A DNA stretch of 64,000 nucleotides from Candidatus Thorarchaeota archaeon (GTDB taxonomy: Archaea > Asgardarchaeota > Thorarchaeia > Thorarchaeales > Thorarchaeaceae): positions 32,001-96,000 of the forward strand of contig JBHIAE010000005.1 of assembly GCA_046758445.1 (NCBI GenBank), given 5' to 3'. The position numbers were made by a program, and so were the translations under genes. The notes under the pieces are model-generated. The model was given only the letters and a program-made list of their open reading frames with translations. It made no database searches and was not told where the DNA came from. The stretch's first letter is position 1, and each line of letters starts with the position of its first letter. Below are positions 17,571 through 27,436 of this stretch, piece by piece.

Positions 17571-18356
17571 TTGACTGAACCGAACGGACATAGAACTACA
17601 CTGAGGGAATGGCTTGCGGCTCACGCACGCTCTGAGCCAGTCCATTATAGGAAGATTGCTGAAGCTTTAGGCAGAGATGCTGCATCCGTTTCAGCATCGC
17701 TCTCAATTGAGCGAAAGCAAGCTGAGGAAGACAATCGGCCGCCTTACTTCGTCCGAGTCGGATCTGGACTATATCAGTACAATGATCTATGCGAAGGGGC
17801 TGTCGACGAGGACCTCATCAGGGAGGTCCGGGCTCGCGCCGACGAGTTCAATCTCGTTACGCGAAGGGAAATGCGGCAAAGAATCTCAAAGCTCAGCCTT
17901 GATAGTTTCGAAGAGCTCGCTAAGATAGTCCTTCTGAATATCCGTGCCCGTGTAGAAGAGGCGAGGGTGGTCCGAAGGTATGACAATACGGTAGTAATGA
18001 CTGTATCTTGGCGAGATGATGGTGGCCGTTCTCCTGTTGTGGTCTATGCGAAGAAGTGTAGATTCGATGAGAAGATCGAGAGCGATACGATACTGGAGAT
18101 TCGAGGTTCCTTGCCGACCTACCAGGCAAACCAAGGTGTACTAATAACCAATGGCATTGTATCCGCTCAGGCAAAGAGTGAGGCATTGGGATATGCTGGT
18201 ACCGATGTGAAGGTTTCCGTGCCTCCAGTCCACTTGATGGATATCGACATTCTACTGAATGTGCTTCTCGAGAGCAGGACTGGTGTCAGAACGAGAAGCG
18301 TGGAAGTGCTGCTCCCGGACGATGAGTTCTGGGAACACTTGACGAGCCGGGGCTAG
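17571..18356 (+). CDS. HARE-HTH-like winged helix fused to an Mrr-type endonuclease domain (catalytic site degenerate)
   Basis: PVHYRKIAE...FVRVGSGLY; FEEL, YAKK, GVLIT, LMD. Confidence 0.7.
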   Translation: MTEPNGHRTTLREWLAAHARSEPVHYRKIAEALGRDAASVSASLSIERKQAEEDNRPPYFVRVGSGLYQYNDLCEGAVDEDLIREVRARADEFNLVTRREMRQRISKLSLDSFEELAKIVLLNIRARVEEARVVRRYDNTVVMTVSWRDDGGRSPVVVYAKKCRFDEKIESDTILEIRGSLPTYQANQGVLITNGIVSAQAKSEALGYAGTDVKVSVPPVHLMDIDILLNVLLESRTGVRTRSVEVLLPDDEFWEHLTSRG

Positions 18357-18601
18357 TTCTCATAGCCATAACATTTTTATCAGGGGTCAGGTGGAGCACA
18401 GTCAGTTTTCGGCTCATTGCGGCTTCGAGGCAAGAGATTTGTTTTTGTCGATTCGATTCTCGACAATTCCTAGATGATTGTTAATCTTTCATAATCAAAA
18501 CGCGCCTTAAGGTTTTAATAGAGGAGACGCACTACTTCTGGTTCATCACGGAGAGAGAATTAACGATTCACCGTGAGAAAACAAATGGAGAAGAACGCAA
18601 A

Positions 18602-20143
18602 ATGGGCGAGGAAGAAAAACTTCTTTTCGTGCGTGAAAGCTCCGGCCTAGTGAAGGAAGTAGGTACGGGCTTCGCCCTCATTCTTCCGATAGCACTGACT
18701 CTTGGACCGTGGTTCCACTACTTCGGACCGCAGGTTTCAACCTGGTATGCAGGCGCGCATCTCATACCGATGTACTCCATCGGTGCAGCAATTGTCTTCT
18801 TTGAGGCAATCAGCCTCATGGTCTTGATGCTTGCTATGCCGAGATCAGGAGCCTCCTACCACTTTACAGGTAGAGGTCTGAGTCCGATCTTTGGTGTTAT
18901 GGAAGGCTGGCGAAGTGTTATCACAAACCCCGTCTTCAGAGGCACTGGCAGCTTCTTTGCAGTACAAATCTTCGCAGGCGGTCTTACTGTTGTTGGAACA
19001 GCAACCGGCAACACCGGTCTTGTAGACGCAGCAGCATACCTAGGATCAGATCCCATTGCGCTATTCGTAGCAGCAGCCGCGATGATCTTCATTGGATTCA
19101 TCTTTAGCTATCTCAGCGTCAGGATGCTGGGCTGGTTTACGATAATCCTGGGAATCATCAGCATACTTGCGCTACTCGTAGCAGACATGGTTATGCTAGC
19201 GACTCCGATAACTCAGAGTGTCTGGGAGAATGCGATGGGTACCGGTACGTGGGCCCCAATAGCTGCATTTGACAATAGTGCCTATGTAACCTTTAAGCCG
19301 GCTGCGGTTGGCCCGGCGCTCCTTCTGACAGTTGGAGGTATGTGGCCATATCTGATAATGCCTGTAGCGGGTGAAGTGGCTCAGCCCAGTAGAAACATCC
19401 CCCTGAGCAATCTGGGAGGTTGGGCTGGTATCGCCTTCTTCTTCCTGCTGTCGGCCTTTGCGGTCGAGGTCAGCATGGGACCCTATCTGTACGGCATAAA
19501 CTCTGTCGGTGGAGTGTTCCCGGGATTCGGCAACTATGCTGCAGTAATCTTGGCTGACAACCCGCTGGCTTGGTTTGTGATACTATGTCCAATCTATGCG
19601 AGTGTGCTAGACTCCCCGAGCAATGCTCTGTGGGTAACTAGACCGATGCACTCCATGGCAATGGACAGGTTCTGTCCTGAGGCATTTGCTAGTGTCCATC
19701 CGAAGTATCATGTGCCACACATCACACTGTACTTCTGGCTGATACTGTCGCTAGGAACAGTTGCCTACGCTACTATCCTAGTGATGTTCTTCGGAACAGC
19801 ATTGTCAGCACTAATAGGCGTGGCCTTCACGTACGTGTTCATCAGATGGCAGATGCAGCTAGCTGCAGTGTCATTACCGTACTACCGGCCTACCTTATGG
19901 GAGCGAAGTGGTGCCTGGAAGTTCCTAGGTATACCGCTTGTGGCCATTGGTGGCCTTGTAGCTGGTGCAGCATTCTTCTATGCTATGATAGCATACATAC
20001 CTGATCCCAATGTCGCTTTCGAGGTCTGGTTCACCGTAATCGTGTATCTGATTGGTCAATTGGCATACATGTACTACGGAGCCAAGAACAAGGCCAAAGG
20101 CATAGAGATGTCTGCCATATTCGGACAACTTCCACCAGAGTAG
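18602..20143 (+). CDS. APC family amino acid permease
   Basis: LFVRESSGLVKE, MPRSGASY, AGEV, about 12 hydrophobic segments, C-terminal IFGQLPPE. Confidence 0.88.
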   Translation: MGEEEKLLFVRESSGLVKEVGTGFALILPIALTLGPWFHYFGPQVSTWYAGAHLIPMYSIGAAIVFFEAISLMVLMLAMPRSGASYHFTGRGLSPIFGVMEGWRSVITNPVFRGTGSFFAVQIFAGGLTVVGTATGNTGLVDAAAYLGSDPIALFVAAAAMIFIGFIFSYLSVRMLGWFTIILGIISILALLVADMVMLATPITQSVWENAMGTGTWAPIAAFDNSAYVTFKPAAVGPALLLTVGGMWPYLIMPVAGEVAQPSRNIPLSNLGGWAGIAFFFLLSAFAVEVSMGPYLYGINSVGGVFPGFGNYAAVILADNPLAWFVILCPIYASVLDSPSNALWVTRPMHSMAMDRFCPEAFASVHPKYHVPHITLYFWLILSLGTVAYATILVMFFGTALSALIGVAFTYVFIRWQMQLAAVSLPYYRPTLWERSGAWKFLGIPLVAIGGLVAGAAFFYAMIAYIPDPNVAFEVWFTVIVYLIGQLAYMYYGAKNKAKGIEMSAIFGQLPPE

Positions 20144-20309
20144 AACGCACTTTAGCTGAAGAGAGCAGCAAGCTCTCTTCTCCCCTTTCTTTTATCATAT
20201 CAACAGCAGGACTACTCGGCACTCTATCGTACTGAATTGTCATCCGCCATAGCTAATGGAATTCCGTTCGATTCCGAGACTAGCAGACTGAGCTCTGAAG
20301 TGGCTACTC

Positions 20310-21236
20310 CTATTCAACGAAGTCATAGATAGGCGGGAACCTGTTTCTACTGGCTTTCGAGGAGAATGCGTCAAGGTCCTTCCAAGTCTTATGGAATCGT
20401 GACGGGAAGGATCTAGGTCTAATCAGAAGCAATTCATCGACATCCTCTGAAGCCCTATAAGATTCAAGAGCACTCTCTGCCTTGTCACAGAAATCGCGTC
20501 GGTCTTCGTTATCCAATACCTGTTGTCGATATGTATAGGAGTCCTCGTGCCACTCATAGCGGACTTCGAACTCGTAGTCGTCCGAGAAGACTCTCCTGAT
20601 TAGTTTCCATGGCCAGAATGTGGACATCTGTTCAAGTTGTTCTCCAGTTCCATAGAGGTCAATTGCCATTCCCTCTTTGCAGTAAACATAGTCTGGACCT
20701 CTCTCTCTGAACTTCTCGTTGGGCTTTGCCATGCGCCCTTTCTTAGCCCAATCATACCATTGGGCTCTCTTCTTACCAAGAACTTCACAGTTGTCCACGA
20801 TATATCTGACTGCAGCAGCTGTTCCGTGATGTGCCAATCCCGGTAGAGGCGGACGCTCTAGCCGTTTCTCCAAGAGGTCCAGAACTGTTGGCACGTCCTC
20901 AATCGGAATTGCGCCCCATATCGGAAAGAATGCCTGGCCTAAGGGCATCAAGTAGAGATACAACAAACCAGCGGTTCCAATCGGTTCGTAGCCTTCTGGT
21001 AACTCTTCATCCACTGGCCACGTTTTGTCGCCTTTACAGTAGAGCACATTACATACCTCAAATGAAACGACTTCATCCAGGTTTGCATCAAACATTGCTT
21101 CATACTGCTTTTTCCTCTTCTCGCGCGGCAAAATGAACCTCGCTTGTTGGCGATTGATCTGGACTTCGCTCTTCCTTTCACTGAAGGGGTCGATTCCTAG
21201 GTATTCAATATCCGGCAGTCTTTCATCTTTAGTCAT
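20310..21236 (-). CDS. Hypothetical protein
   Basis: 308-aa ORF; no motif recognised. Confidence 0.65.
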   Translation of the reverse strand: MTKDERLPDIEYLGIDPFSERKSEVQINRQQARFILPREKRKKQYEAMFDANLDEVVSFEVCNVLYCKGDKTWPVDEELPEGYEPIGTAGLLYLYLMPLGQAFFPIWGAIPIEDVPTVLDLLEKRLERPPLPGLAHHGTAAAVRYIVDNCEVLGKKRAQWYDWAKKGRMAKPNEKFRERGPDYVYCKEGMAIDLYGTGEQLEQMSTFWPWKLIRRVFSDDYEFEVRYEWHEDSYTYRQQVLDNEDRRDFCDKAESALESYRASEDVDELLLIRPRSFPSRFHKTWKDLDAFSSKASRNRFPPIYDFVE

Positions 21237-21353
21237 TTCGTTGATGTCCCCCTGTCATTGGGAGTTCCAAACGGAGCACCAATATGAGGTCGTGGACCTG
21301 TTTCCGGATAGTACGCTCTTAAACGAAGCGGTTCTCACAATAGTAAACGTTAT

Positions 21354-22094
21354 TTGACGGTTGTAACGAGGCTCCGAACAAGAGGACTTTTCACCATGAG
21401 TCGTCGAAAAAAGCGAGAGAAGCGTGCGCCCTCGATTTCGCTTGACAACTTTGAGTTTGATCCTTCAGGACTTGACCTGAAGCACAGTAGGAACCTGATG
21501 ACCGTGCTGGATGCCTACCGCATCAACAGGACTTACGGCTTGGATTTCATCGACAAGGGGATCAAGGAGGGCAAGTTGCCAAGGTCCTTCATCCAGCAAT
21601 GGGGAACAATCAAGTCTGTTCTCCACAGATTAGCTGCTATTGGACCGAAAGTACCTGGAGTGGAGTCCTCTATGAATAGGCGACAGACCGTATCCTTTGC
21701 CGCAATGGCCCTGCTCACCATTACGGCACCAATGCTTCTGTTAACTTGGGTATTCCAGCTAGACGTTCTTCAGCCAATAGCTTTGCCGCTTGCAGTCGTT
21801 GCAATGGCCGTAGTCCTCATAAGCTGGCTCACATCTGCCTGGTACAATCGCAAAGTAGCATGGGCGATCCATAACTACTTGGAGGAGCACCCGGAGGTGG
21901 GAGCCAAGGAAAGACTCCACCTTCACAAGTGGGTTCAAGTCCTCATCTATCATACTGCTCGCTTGCTACGGATCGGCAATGTCGACCCTGAGAAGAAACT
22001 TGTCAAGTTCTTTAATGACGATTACAAGGGAATAATCGTGATGAAGGAACCACAGGGCATGAGAAAGAACTACGTTGTCAAGATCAGAGTATAG
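21354..22094 (+). CDS. Hypothetical membrane protein (two TM segments); true start probably ATG 21396
   Basis: Hydrophobic hairpin FAAMALLTITAPMLLLTWVF / IALPLAVVAMAVVLISWL. Confidence 0.7.
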   Translation: MTVVTRLRTRGLFTMSRRKKREKRAPSISLDNFEFDPSGLDLKHSRNLMTVLDAYRINRTYGLDFIDKGIKEGKLPRSFIQQWGTIKSVLHRLAAIGPKVPGVESSMNRRQTVSFAAMALLTITAPMLLLTWVFQLDVLQPIALPLAVVAMAVVLISWLTSAWYNRKVAWAIHNYLEEHPEVGAKERLHLHKWVQVLIYHTARLLRIGNVDPEKKLVKFFNDDYKGIIVMKEPQGMRKNYVVKIRV

Positions 22095-22199
22095 GCTAAA
22101 GTACAAGGAGATACTCACAATGCAGTCCTAGATACAGCTCGATCAGTGTGAAGAGATGGTTAACCTATTAGTTTCAGTTGGACGTCATGCACTCCTGTT

Positions 22200-23315
22200 T
22201 CACACTAGATCTTCTATTGGTTTGTAGTCAAGGTCGAAATCAAAGTGCCTTGGACCCAGAACATTGAGTCCCTTAGGCTCCCGGAAGATCTTCTCAGCCT
22301 TCATCCCAATGACGCTGACTTCGTCGCCTTTCTTTATGTCTGTGTTAGTGATGGGCTCCCCAGAGTTTGCGTCGATTATCTCGATAATGTCTGGACTTGT
22401 CACCCAAGGCTTGCCATCTAGCCAAGTAATATGGTTCTCGTTCTTGAACCACACTTTCAGCTTGTTGCCCGGCTTCGCTCCACTTCCTTCAATCAGCGTT
22501 TCACCCCACATGTAGCCAGCACGATTTTCCCATTCCCTCTCAACTACCTTGCCCCTAAAGAGAACCCATCCACCGACACTCTCAATGATCTTGTCAGCCG
22601 GGTCATCTCCCGACTCTCGACTCTCTCGGATTATCTTACCCACTTTGTAGCTCTTTGAGAGGGTTCCCGGGATGATTGCTTCATGGAAGTCAGAACCCTT
22701 CAGAGGAAACGCAACGTTTCCAAGGCGACCCCATGCAACCTCACTCAAAGCCTTTGAGATGCGTTCACCCATCTCATAGTTGATGACATGCGTAACAACC
22801 GCCTTGTTCCCGTACCAATCGATGAGTGCCATGGGCGCCATGGAGAAGCCCTTTATGCAGACCGTGTTCTGGCATATCTCGGGAACCGCTCTTGCTGAGT
22901 AGTCTCCATCAACACACGGAATTCCATGCTTCACTGCAGCATCAATGGGTGCTGGTGTGTTCACTCCACCAAGCTCAAATGGAGCCGCGGCGGAGAATTT
23001 GATGTCCATGTACTCCTCAAGTGCAGCCAAGCCTGCAGCCAGCTCTTTCTCGTAGAAGTCCCAAGGAAATCGCGCGCGCAGGGCTTCTATCTTAGGAGTC
23101 GGGGGGGCAATTGTTCCTGAGTAATATGGACACGCCACCCAATTGTCATCCTTCACCCTGTCGACATCAATTATCTCGATTCGCGTTCCAGCATCTACAT
23201 GCGGATATAGCATGTTCAGCCCGAGTTCCTTGGAACCACCTCCGCCGGTCCCAAAGAACGTACAACCTATTGTGAGATCCTCAACATCTGTCCTAGTCTT
23301 CAAAACCAGTGTCAA
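22200..23315 (-). CDS. DUF917 family protein (thiohydantoin desulfurase-like), paralog A
   Basis: GCTFFGTGGGG, ELGGVNT, VDGDYSARAVPE, KNEN, SPDII. Confidence 0.88.
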   Translation of the reverse strand: MTLVLKTRTDVEDLTIGCTFFGTGGGGSKELGLNMLYPHVDAGTRIEIIDVDRVKDDNWVACPYYSGTIAPPTPKIEALRARFPWDFYEKELAAGLAALEEYMDIKFSAAAPFELGGVNTPAPIDAAVKHGIPCVDGDYSARAVPEICQNTVCIKGFSMAPMALIDWYGNKAVVTHVINYEMGERISKALSEVAWGRLGNVAFPLKGSDFHEAIIPGTLSKSYKVGKIIRESRESGDDPADKIIESVGGWVLFRGKVVEREWENRAGYMWGETLIEGSGAKPGNKLKVWFKNENHITWLDGKPWVTSPDIIEIIDANSGEPITNTDIKKGDEVSVIGMKAEKIFREPKGLNVLGPRHFDFDLDYKPIEDLV

Positions 23316-23470
23316 TCAGACCCAGCCTCTGTTTAAGCTTGTTAAACTCCAGTTGACTCCACTGCTATATATTTCCAATGGAGAGAATGGACTGGTGTCA
23401 TTTACTAGGTGCCGTACAGAAGAAGGAAGGGAGGTGTTATGTGCACTCTCCCCACACGTGAAGGCCAGAC

Positions 23471-24412
23471 TTAGAGCTCAACTCGTCCTGCGTTAACCTT
23501 TCCATCCTCGATGTTGATTACGAAACCCTTCAGGATTCCCTCTCTGTACTCGGAGCCGGGATTGACACTGAGTGTTCTTCCTATTCTCCTGTACCCAACC
23601 GATTCATGGATGTGACCATGCATTCCGAGCAACGGTTGATACTTCTCTATGACTGCCCTGACGGATTTGCTACCTACAGGAACCATTAGTTCATGTGCGC
23701 CTGCCTTGGCCACTCTGTGGTCTTCAGTCAGCTGCGGCGCAACATCGAGCCCTGAGTTATATGGAGGGTCGTGAAAGTTGCATAGCACATTTGAGTAGTC
23801 ATCTGTTTCCAAGCGGGCAAACTCTGCTTCCAGCTTTTCCAAGAGTTCCTCATCAGGGCATTCTCTGTGAGTGTCCCATGGAGTGGAGTTGACCCATTCC
23901 AAGCTTATCATAGGGTAGCCTCGCACATCGATGACTTTCTTGAGAGGATAGATCACTCTCGGGTCCTTCGCGATGACCTCATCGATGGAGTAATCGTCAT
24001 CATTCCCCGGATTGACTACAACCATTACTTCCTCTGGGATTCTCTCATTAGCCATGTCCATCCATTCTTGGATTCTCTCAACCATCAGAACTTGGAAGAG
24101 CTTGGTGATTGATCCCGGAGTTTCTCGAAGCTGAGCAAGCTCTTCCTGAGTAAGGATCTTAGGGTAGTATCCCTCATCCTTTGTGAACTTGATGAAGTTA
24201 TCGAGATCTTTCTGCTTCTTGAATGTCTTTTTGCTGCCATGCGGTTGTACATACCATCTATCTTCTTTCTCTTGAATGATGGGCATTATCGCTTTACCAG
24301 TGAGATCTCCACACATCATCGCAACATCAGCCTTGAAGACCTTAGGAGCACGGCACATCTTCTCCCAAGTCTGTTGTGATCCGTGCGGGTCCGCAGCTAG
24401 GAATATCCTCAT
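23471..24412 (-). CDS. Calcineurin-like metallophosphoesterase (Icc-related)
   Basis: DPHGS, GDLTGK, PGNDD, HDPP, HGHIHES, NPGSEY. Confidence 0.88.
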   Translation of the reverse strand: MRIFLAADPHGSQQTWEKMCRAPKVFKADVAMMCGDLTGKAIMPIIQEKEDRWYVQPHGSKKTFKKQKDLDNFIKFTKDEGYYPKILTQEELAQLRETPGSITKLFQVLMVERIQEWMDMANERIPEEVMVVVNPGNDDDYSIDEVIAKDPRVIYPLKKVIDVRGYPMISLEWVNSTPWDTHRECPDEELLEKLEAEFARLETDDYSNVLCNFHDPPYNSGLDVAPQLTEDHRVAKAGAHELMVPVGSKSVRAVIEKYQPLLGMHGHIHESVGYRRIGRTLSVNPGSEYREGILKGFVINIEDGKVNAGRVEL

Positions 24413-24464
24413 ATCATTACCTCGCCTATTTGTCTTCGTGAATCCTGTCAGAGTTCATTGACTT

Positions 24465-24567
24465 GACAATATCAGATTGTCGATTCGAGAGAAAGCGTCG
24501 GTTTAAAATCTAATGGTACAACAGCTTTTACTAACTTTAAGATAGCACGACAGTCGTGCCATGGCAC
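24465..24567. promoter_or_regulatory. Divergent promoter region with several inverted repeats (candidate operators)
   Basis: GACAAT-N5-ATTGTC (24465-24481), GCACGAC-A-GTCGTGC (24545-24559), GTGCCATGGCAC (24556-24567), and TTTAAAAT/TTTAAG TATA-like boxes. Confidence 0.5.
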
Positions 24568-24625
24568 AACATATTAATGTCATCCATCTACCTCTTCGAC
24601 GATAGTTCAGATTACCATCTTTGAG

Positions 24626-25438
24626 GTGAGGACGCATTTGACAGGTAAGTACGGCCCGATTCTCGAGGACTTCTTGGAGGAAGCGATGAGACTGGAGAAA
24701 GCGGCCGAGGAGCATAAGATACCTCTTCGGCTTATTGGATGCCTGGCATTCAGAATAAAGGCTCCAGAATACGTCGATCTACACCGGAGCATGGGACGGG
24801 AAGTCACAGACATTGATTTCATTAGTTACTACAAACATCACAAGAAGCTACGGAACTTGTTCAGGGACGAACTAGGATACCATTGGGTGCCTCCAGGTTT
24901 CGCACGTGCAACAACACTTAGAGACCTCTTCATTGACAGAGAGCGTGAAAGGAAGGTGGATGTCTTCTATGATTTTCTTGATTTCAACCATAATATCGAC
25001 TTCAAGAAGAAAGACAGACTGTGGGTTGATGAGCCAACTATAGCGTTGGCTGAGCTCTTCCTAGAGAAGACACAGATTGTTGAGATCAATGCCAAGGACT
25101 TGAAGGATCTTGTGATAACCTTCCTTGCCCACGACGTATCCGCTGAACATGACGATACCCAAGTAAATGGTCATTACATAGCCAGTCTTCTCTCTGATGA
25201 CTGGGGTTTCTACTACACGGTGACTACTAATCTCAAGAAGCTTGTTGACTTTGTTCCAACAATCGAACAGCTCAATCAGGAACAAAAGGATCTCGTGATA
25301 TCCCGCGCACAGAAGCTGTGGGACATCATTGAAGAAACACCAAAGACACGAAAATGGAACAGACGCGCCGCGGTGGGCGCCAAGAAACGCTGGTTCAAGG
25401 TAGTACACTCGATGGAAGGAACGAGAAACGCGGAGTAG
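24626..25438 (+). CDS. Uncharacterised Pol-beta-superfamily nucleotidyltransferase
   Basis: LRLIGCLAF...TDIDF, VDVF, LFLEKTQI, KDLKD; start may be TTG 24638 after GAGGTGA. Confidence 0.72.
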   Translation: MRTHLTGKYGPILEDFLEEAMRLEKAAEEHKIPLRLIGCLAFRIKAPEYVDLHRSMGREVTDIDFISYYKHHKKLRNLFRDELGYHWVPPGFARATTLRDLFIDRERERKVDVFYDFLDFNHNIDFKKKDRLWVDEPTIALAELFLEKTQIVEINAKDLKDLVITFLAHDVSAEHDDTQVNGHYIASLLSDDWGFYYTVTTNLKKLVDFVPTIEQLNQEQKDLVISRAQKLWDIIEETPKTRKWNRRAAVGAKKRWFKVVHSMEGTRNAE

Positions 25439-25479
25439 CATCAGCCTGAGATTTCCCGGCGAAAGAGGAGAGAGAATCA

Positions 25480-26598
25480 ATGGAGATGTCCAAACAGAAT
25501 GCGTACGACATGCTAACTGGAGTTGGAATACTAGGTACTGGCGGTGGGGGTGACCCTGTAGCCTTCGGAAAGCCAATGGTTGATTGGGACTATGAGCGCG
25601 GCAGAGTGTATGAACTGACGCCCCCGGACGAGATTAGAGATGACGCCTTTATCGTCTGCGGCGGATACATGGGTTCTGTCCAAGCGTTCACCTCCATCGG
25701 GGACATGCTGGAAGCTTGGGAGGAGAGGTACGAGCTTCACGAGGCCATGAAGATCTCAGAGAGAATCTCAGGAAAGAAGGTCAACCATCTTGTTCCCTTC
25801 GAGCTCGGAGGCACGAACACAACAGTGATGCTCTCACTGGCCGCGAGAGCTGGCATTACAACGGTTGATGGTGATGGTCTCGGCCGGTCTGCTCCAGAGA
25901 GCCAGATGATTACATTTGTTGGCTATGGAATCGAGCTTTGCCCGATGCCACTCGTCACCAAGAATGGAAGTGTCGTAGTAGTGGACAAGGCGACATCCCC
26001 TGCACTGGCTGATGAGATTGGCAGGTTTGCTGTGGTTCAAGACGGTGGAGCTGGTGCCAACAATCACTACCATCAGACTGGAGCACAGCTGAAGAAGGCA
26101 GTCATTCCGAACAGCATCACCAAATCAGTCGAACTCGGTGAGGCAATTGATGATGCCAACAAGAGTGGAAAGAATCCGATAGATGCTTTCCTAGACATCA
26201 TGGGTGGACAGACGCTCACTCACGGACGAGTCGAGGAGGTCAAGGGTGAAGACCGTGCCGGACATTGGCATGTACGTGTCAGAATCAAACCGGAGAGTCT
26301 GAAAGGCCGTTTCGAGGTTGTTGTCAAGAATGAATACATGATGGCTATGAGCGATGGGAATCCTGTTGTGATGTTCCCTGATCTCATTTGCATGCATTAC
26401 CCTGATACTGGTCATGGTGTGATGAGTGCCTCACTGAAGGAAGGCATGGATGTTGTTGTCACGGCTGTTCCGGCCCACGAGAGGCTTCGATATGCGGGAA
26501 GTACTGATATCGGTAGGAAGGCCTTCTCACCTGAAAGGTATGGTCACCCTGAGCATGAATACAGACCGATGGAAGAGATTATCGGGAATCTTGCATAA
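25480..26598 (+). CDS. DUF917 family protein, paralog B
   Basis: GILGTGGGG, ELGGTNT, VDGDGLGRSAPE, KNEY, FPDLI. Confidence 0.88.
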   Translation: MEMSKQNAYDMLTGVGILGTGGGGDPVAFGKPMVDWDYERGRVYELTPPDEIRDDAFIVCGGYMGSVQAFTSIGDMLEAWEERYELHEAMKISERISGKKVNHLVPFELGGTNTTVMLSLAARAGITTVDGDGLGRSAPESQMITFVGYGIELCPMPLVTKNGSVVVVDKATSPALADEIGRFAVVQDGGAGANNHYHQTGAQLKKAVIPNSITKSVELGEAIDDANKSGKNPIDAFLDIMGGQTLTHGRVEEVKGEDRAGHWHVRVRIKPESLKGRFEVVVKNEYMMAMSDGNPVVMFPDLICMHYPDTGHGVMSASLKEGMDVVVTAVPAHERLRYAGSTDIGRKAFSPERYGHPEHEYRPMEEIIGNLA

Positions 26599-26657
26599 TT
26601 CATAGGAGAGGGACACACGCTGTCCCTACGCATTCTATTGCCTGCTGGTGGTGGATA

Positions 26658-27422
26658 ATGAAACGCATTGCTCTGATTGGAGCGACTGGAGTTGATTGGT
26701 GGGAAGACGAGAAGAAGAGGTCATTTGTTGAGTTGCATACCCCCGAGGGGTATAGCATAGACAACTTCACACCCCGATATGGAACTCACAGTGTAGAGTC
26801 TTTTGTCGATGAGGCATACAACGCACCGTTCATCCTCGAACAGGTAGTAAGAGCCAGCAGAGAGGGCTATGATGCCATAGTGATTGACTGCGCCTGCGAT
26901 CCGATACTTGAAGCTGCACGAGAGGTCACGACAATTCCAGTTGTAGGTCCCAGGAATTCTTCACTTCATGTTGCTTTGACTCTGGGTACGAGATTCAGCA
27001 TCATCACGGTTCAGGGTGAGTCTCTAAGGCGATGTCAGGAAGCAGGTGTGAGAAAGGAGGACCTTGAGCAGTTCTGCGCGAGTGTCCGGTACTTCACTAT
27101 GTCCGTTCTAGACATAGCAGAGCGCCCTGAAGCAGCTCAGAAGGAAATCCTTGAGCTTTGCAAGCTGGCCGTGAACGAGGACGGCGCAGATGTTGTGGTT
27201 CTTGGGTGTACGGGCCTCTCTCATCAAGTCGATTTGAATCCCATCATGGAAGAAGTGGGGATTCCAGTACTTGATCCATTTGTCATCGCTATTCGAATGG
27301 CCCATCTGTTAGTTGAATCAGGTCTCCGTCATAGCAAGGTGGCATACCCAACTCCTCCAAAAAAGGGCATTACAGAAGCCCCAAGCCTCAAGGGTGCTTT
27401 TGATGATGCACTGAAGCAGTGA
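26658..27422 (+). CDS. Hydantoin racemase (Asp/Glu/hydantoin racemase family)
   Basis: IDCACDP, AARE, VLGCTG (two-cysteine racemase), HSKVAYP. Confidence 0.85.
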   Translation: MKRIALIGATGVDWWEDEKKRSFVELHTPEGYSIDNFTPRYGTHSVESFVDEAYNAPFILEQVVRASREGYDAIVIDCACDPILEAAREVTTIPVVGPRNSSLHVALTLGTRFSIITVQGESLRRCQEAGVRKEDLEQFCASVRYFTMSVLDIAERPEAAQKEILELCKLAVNEDGADVVVLGCTGLSHQVDLNPIMEEVGIPVLDPFVIAIRMAHLLVESGLRHSKVAYPTPPKKGITEAPSLKGAFDDALKQ

Positions 27423-27436
27423 GCAGTCCAGGTCGA

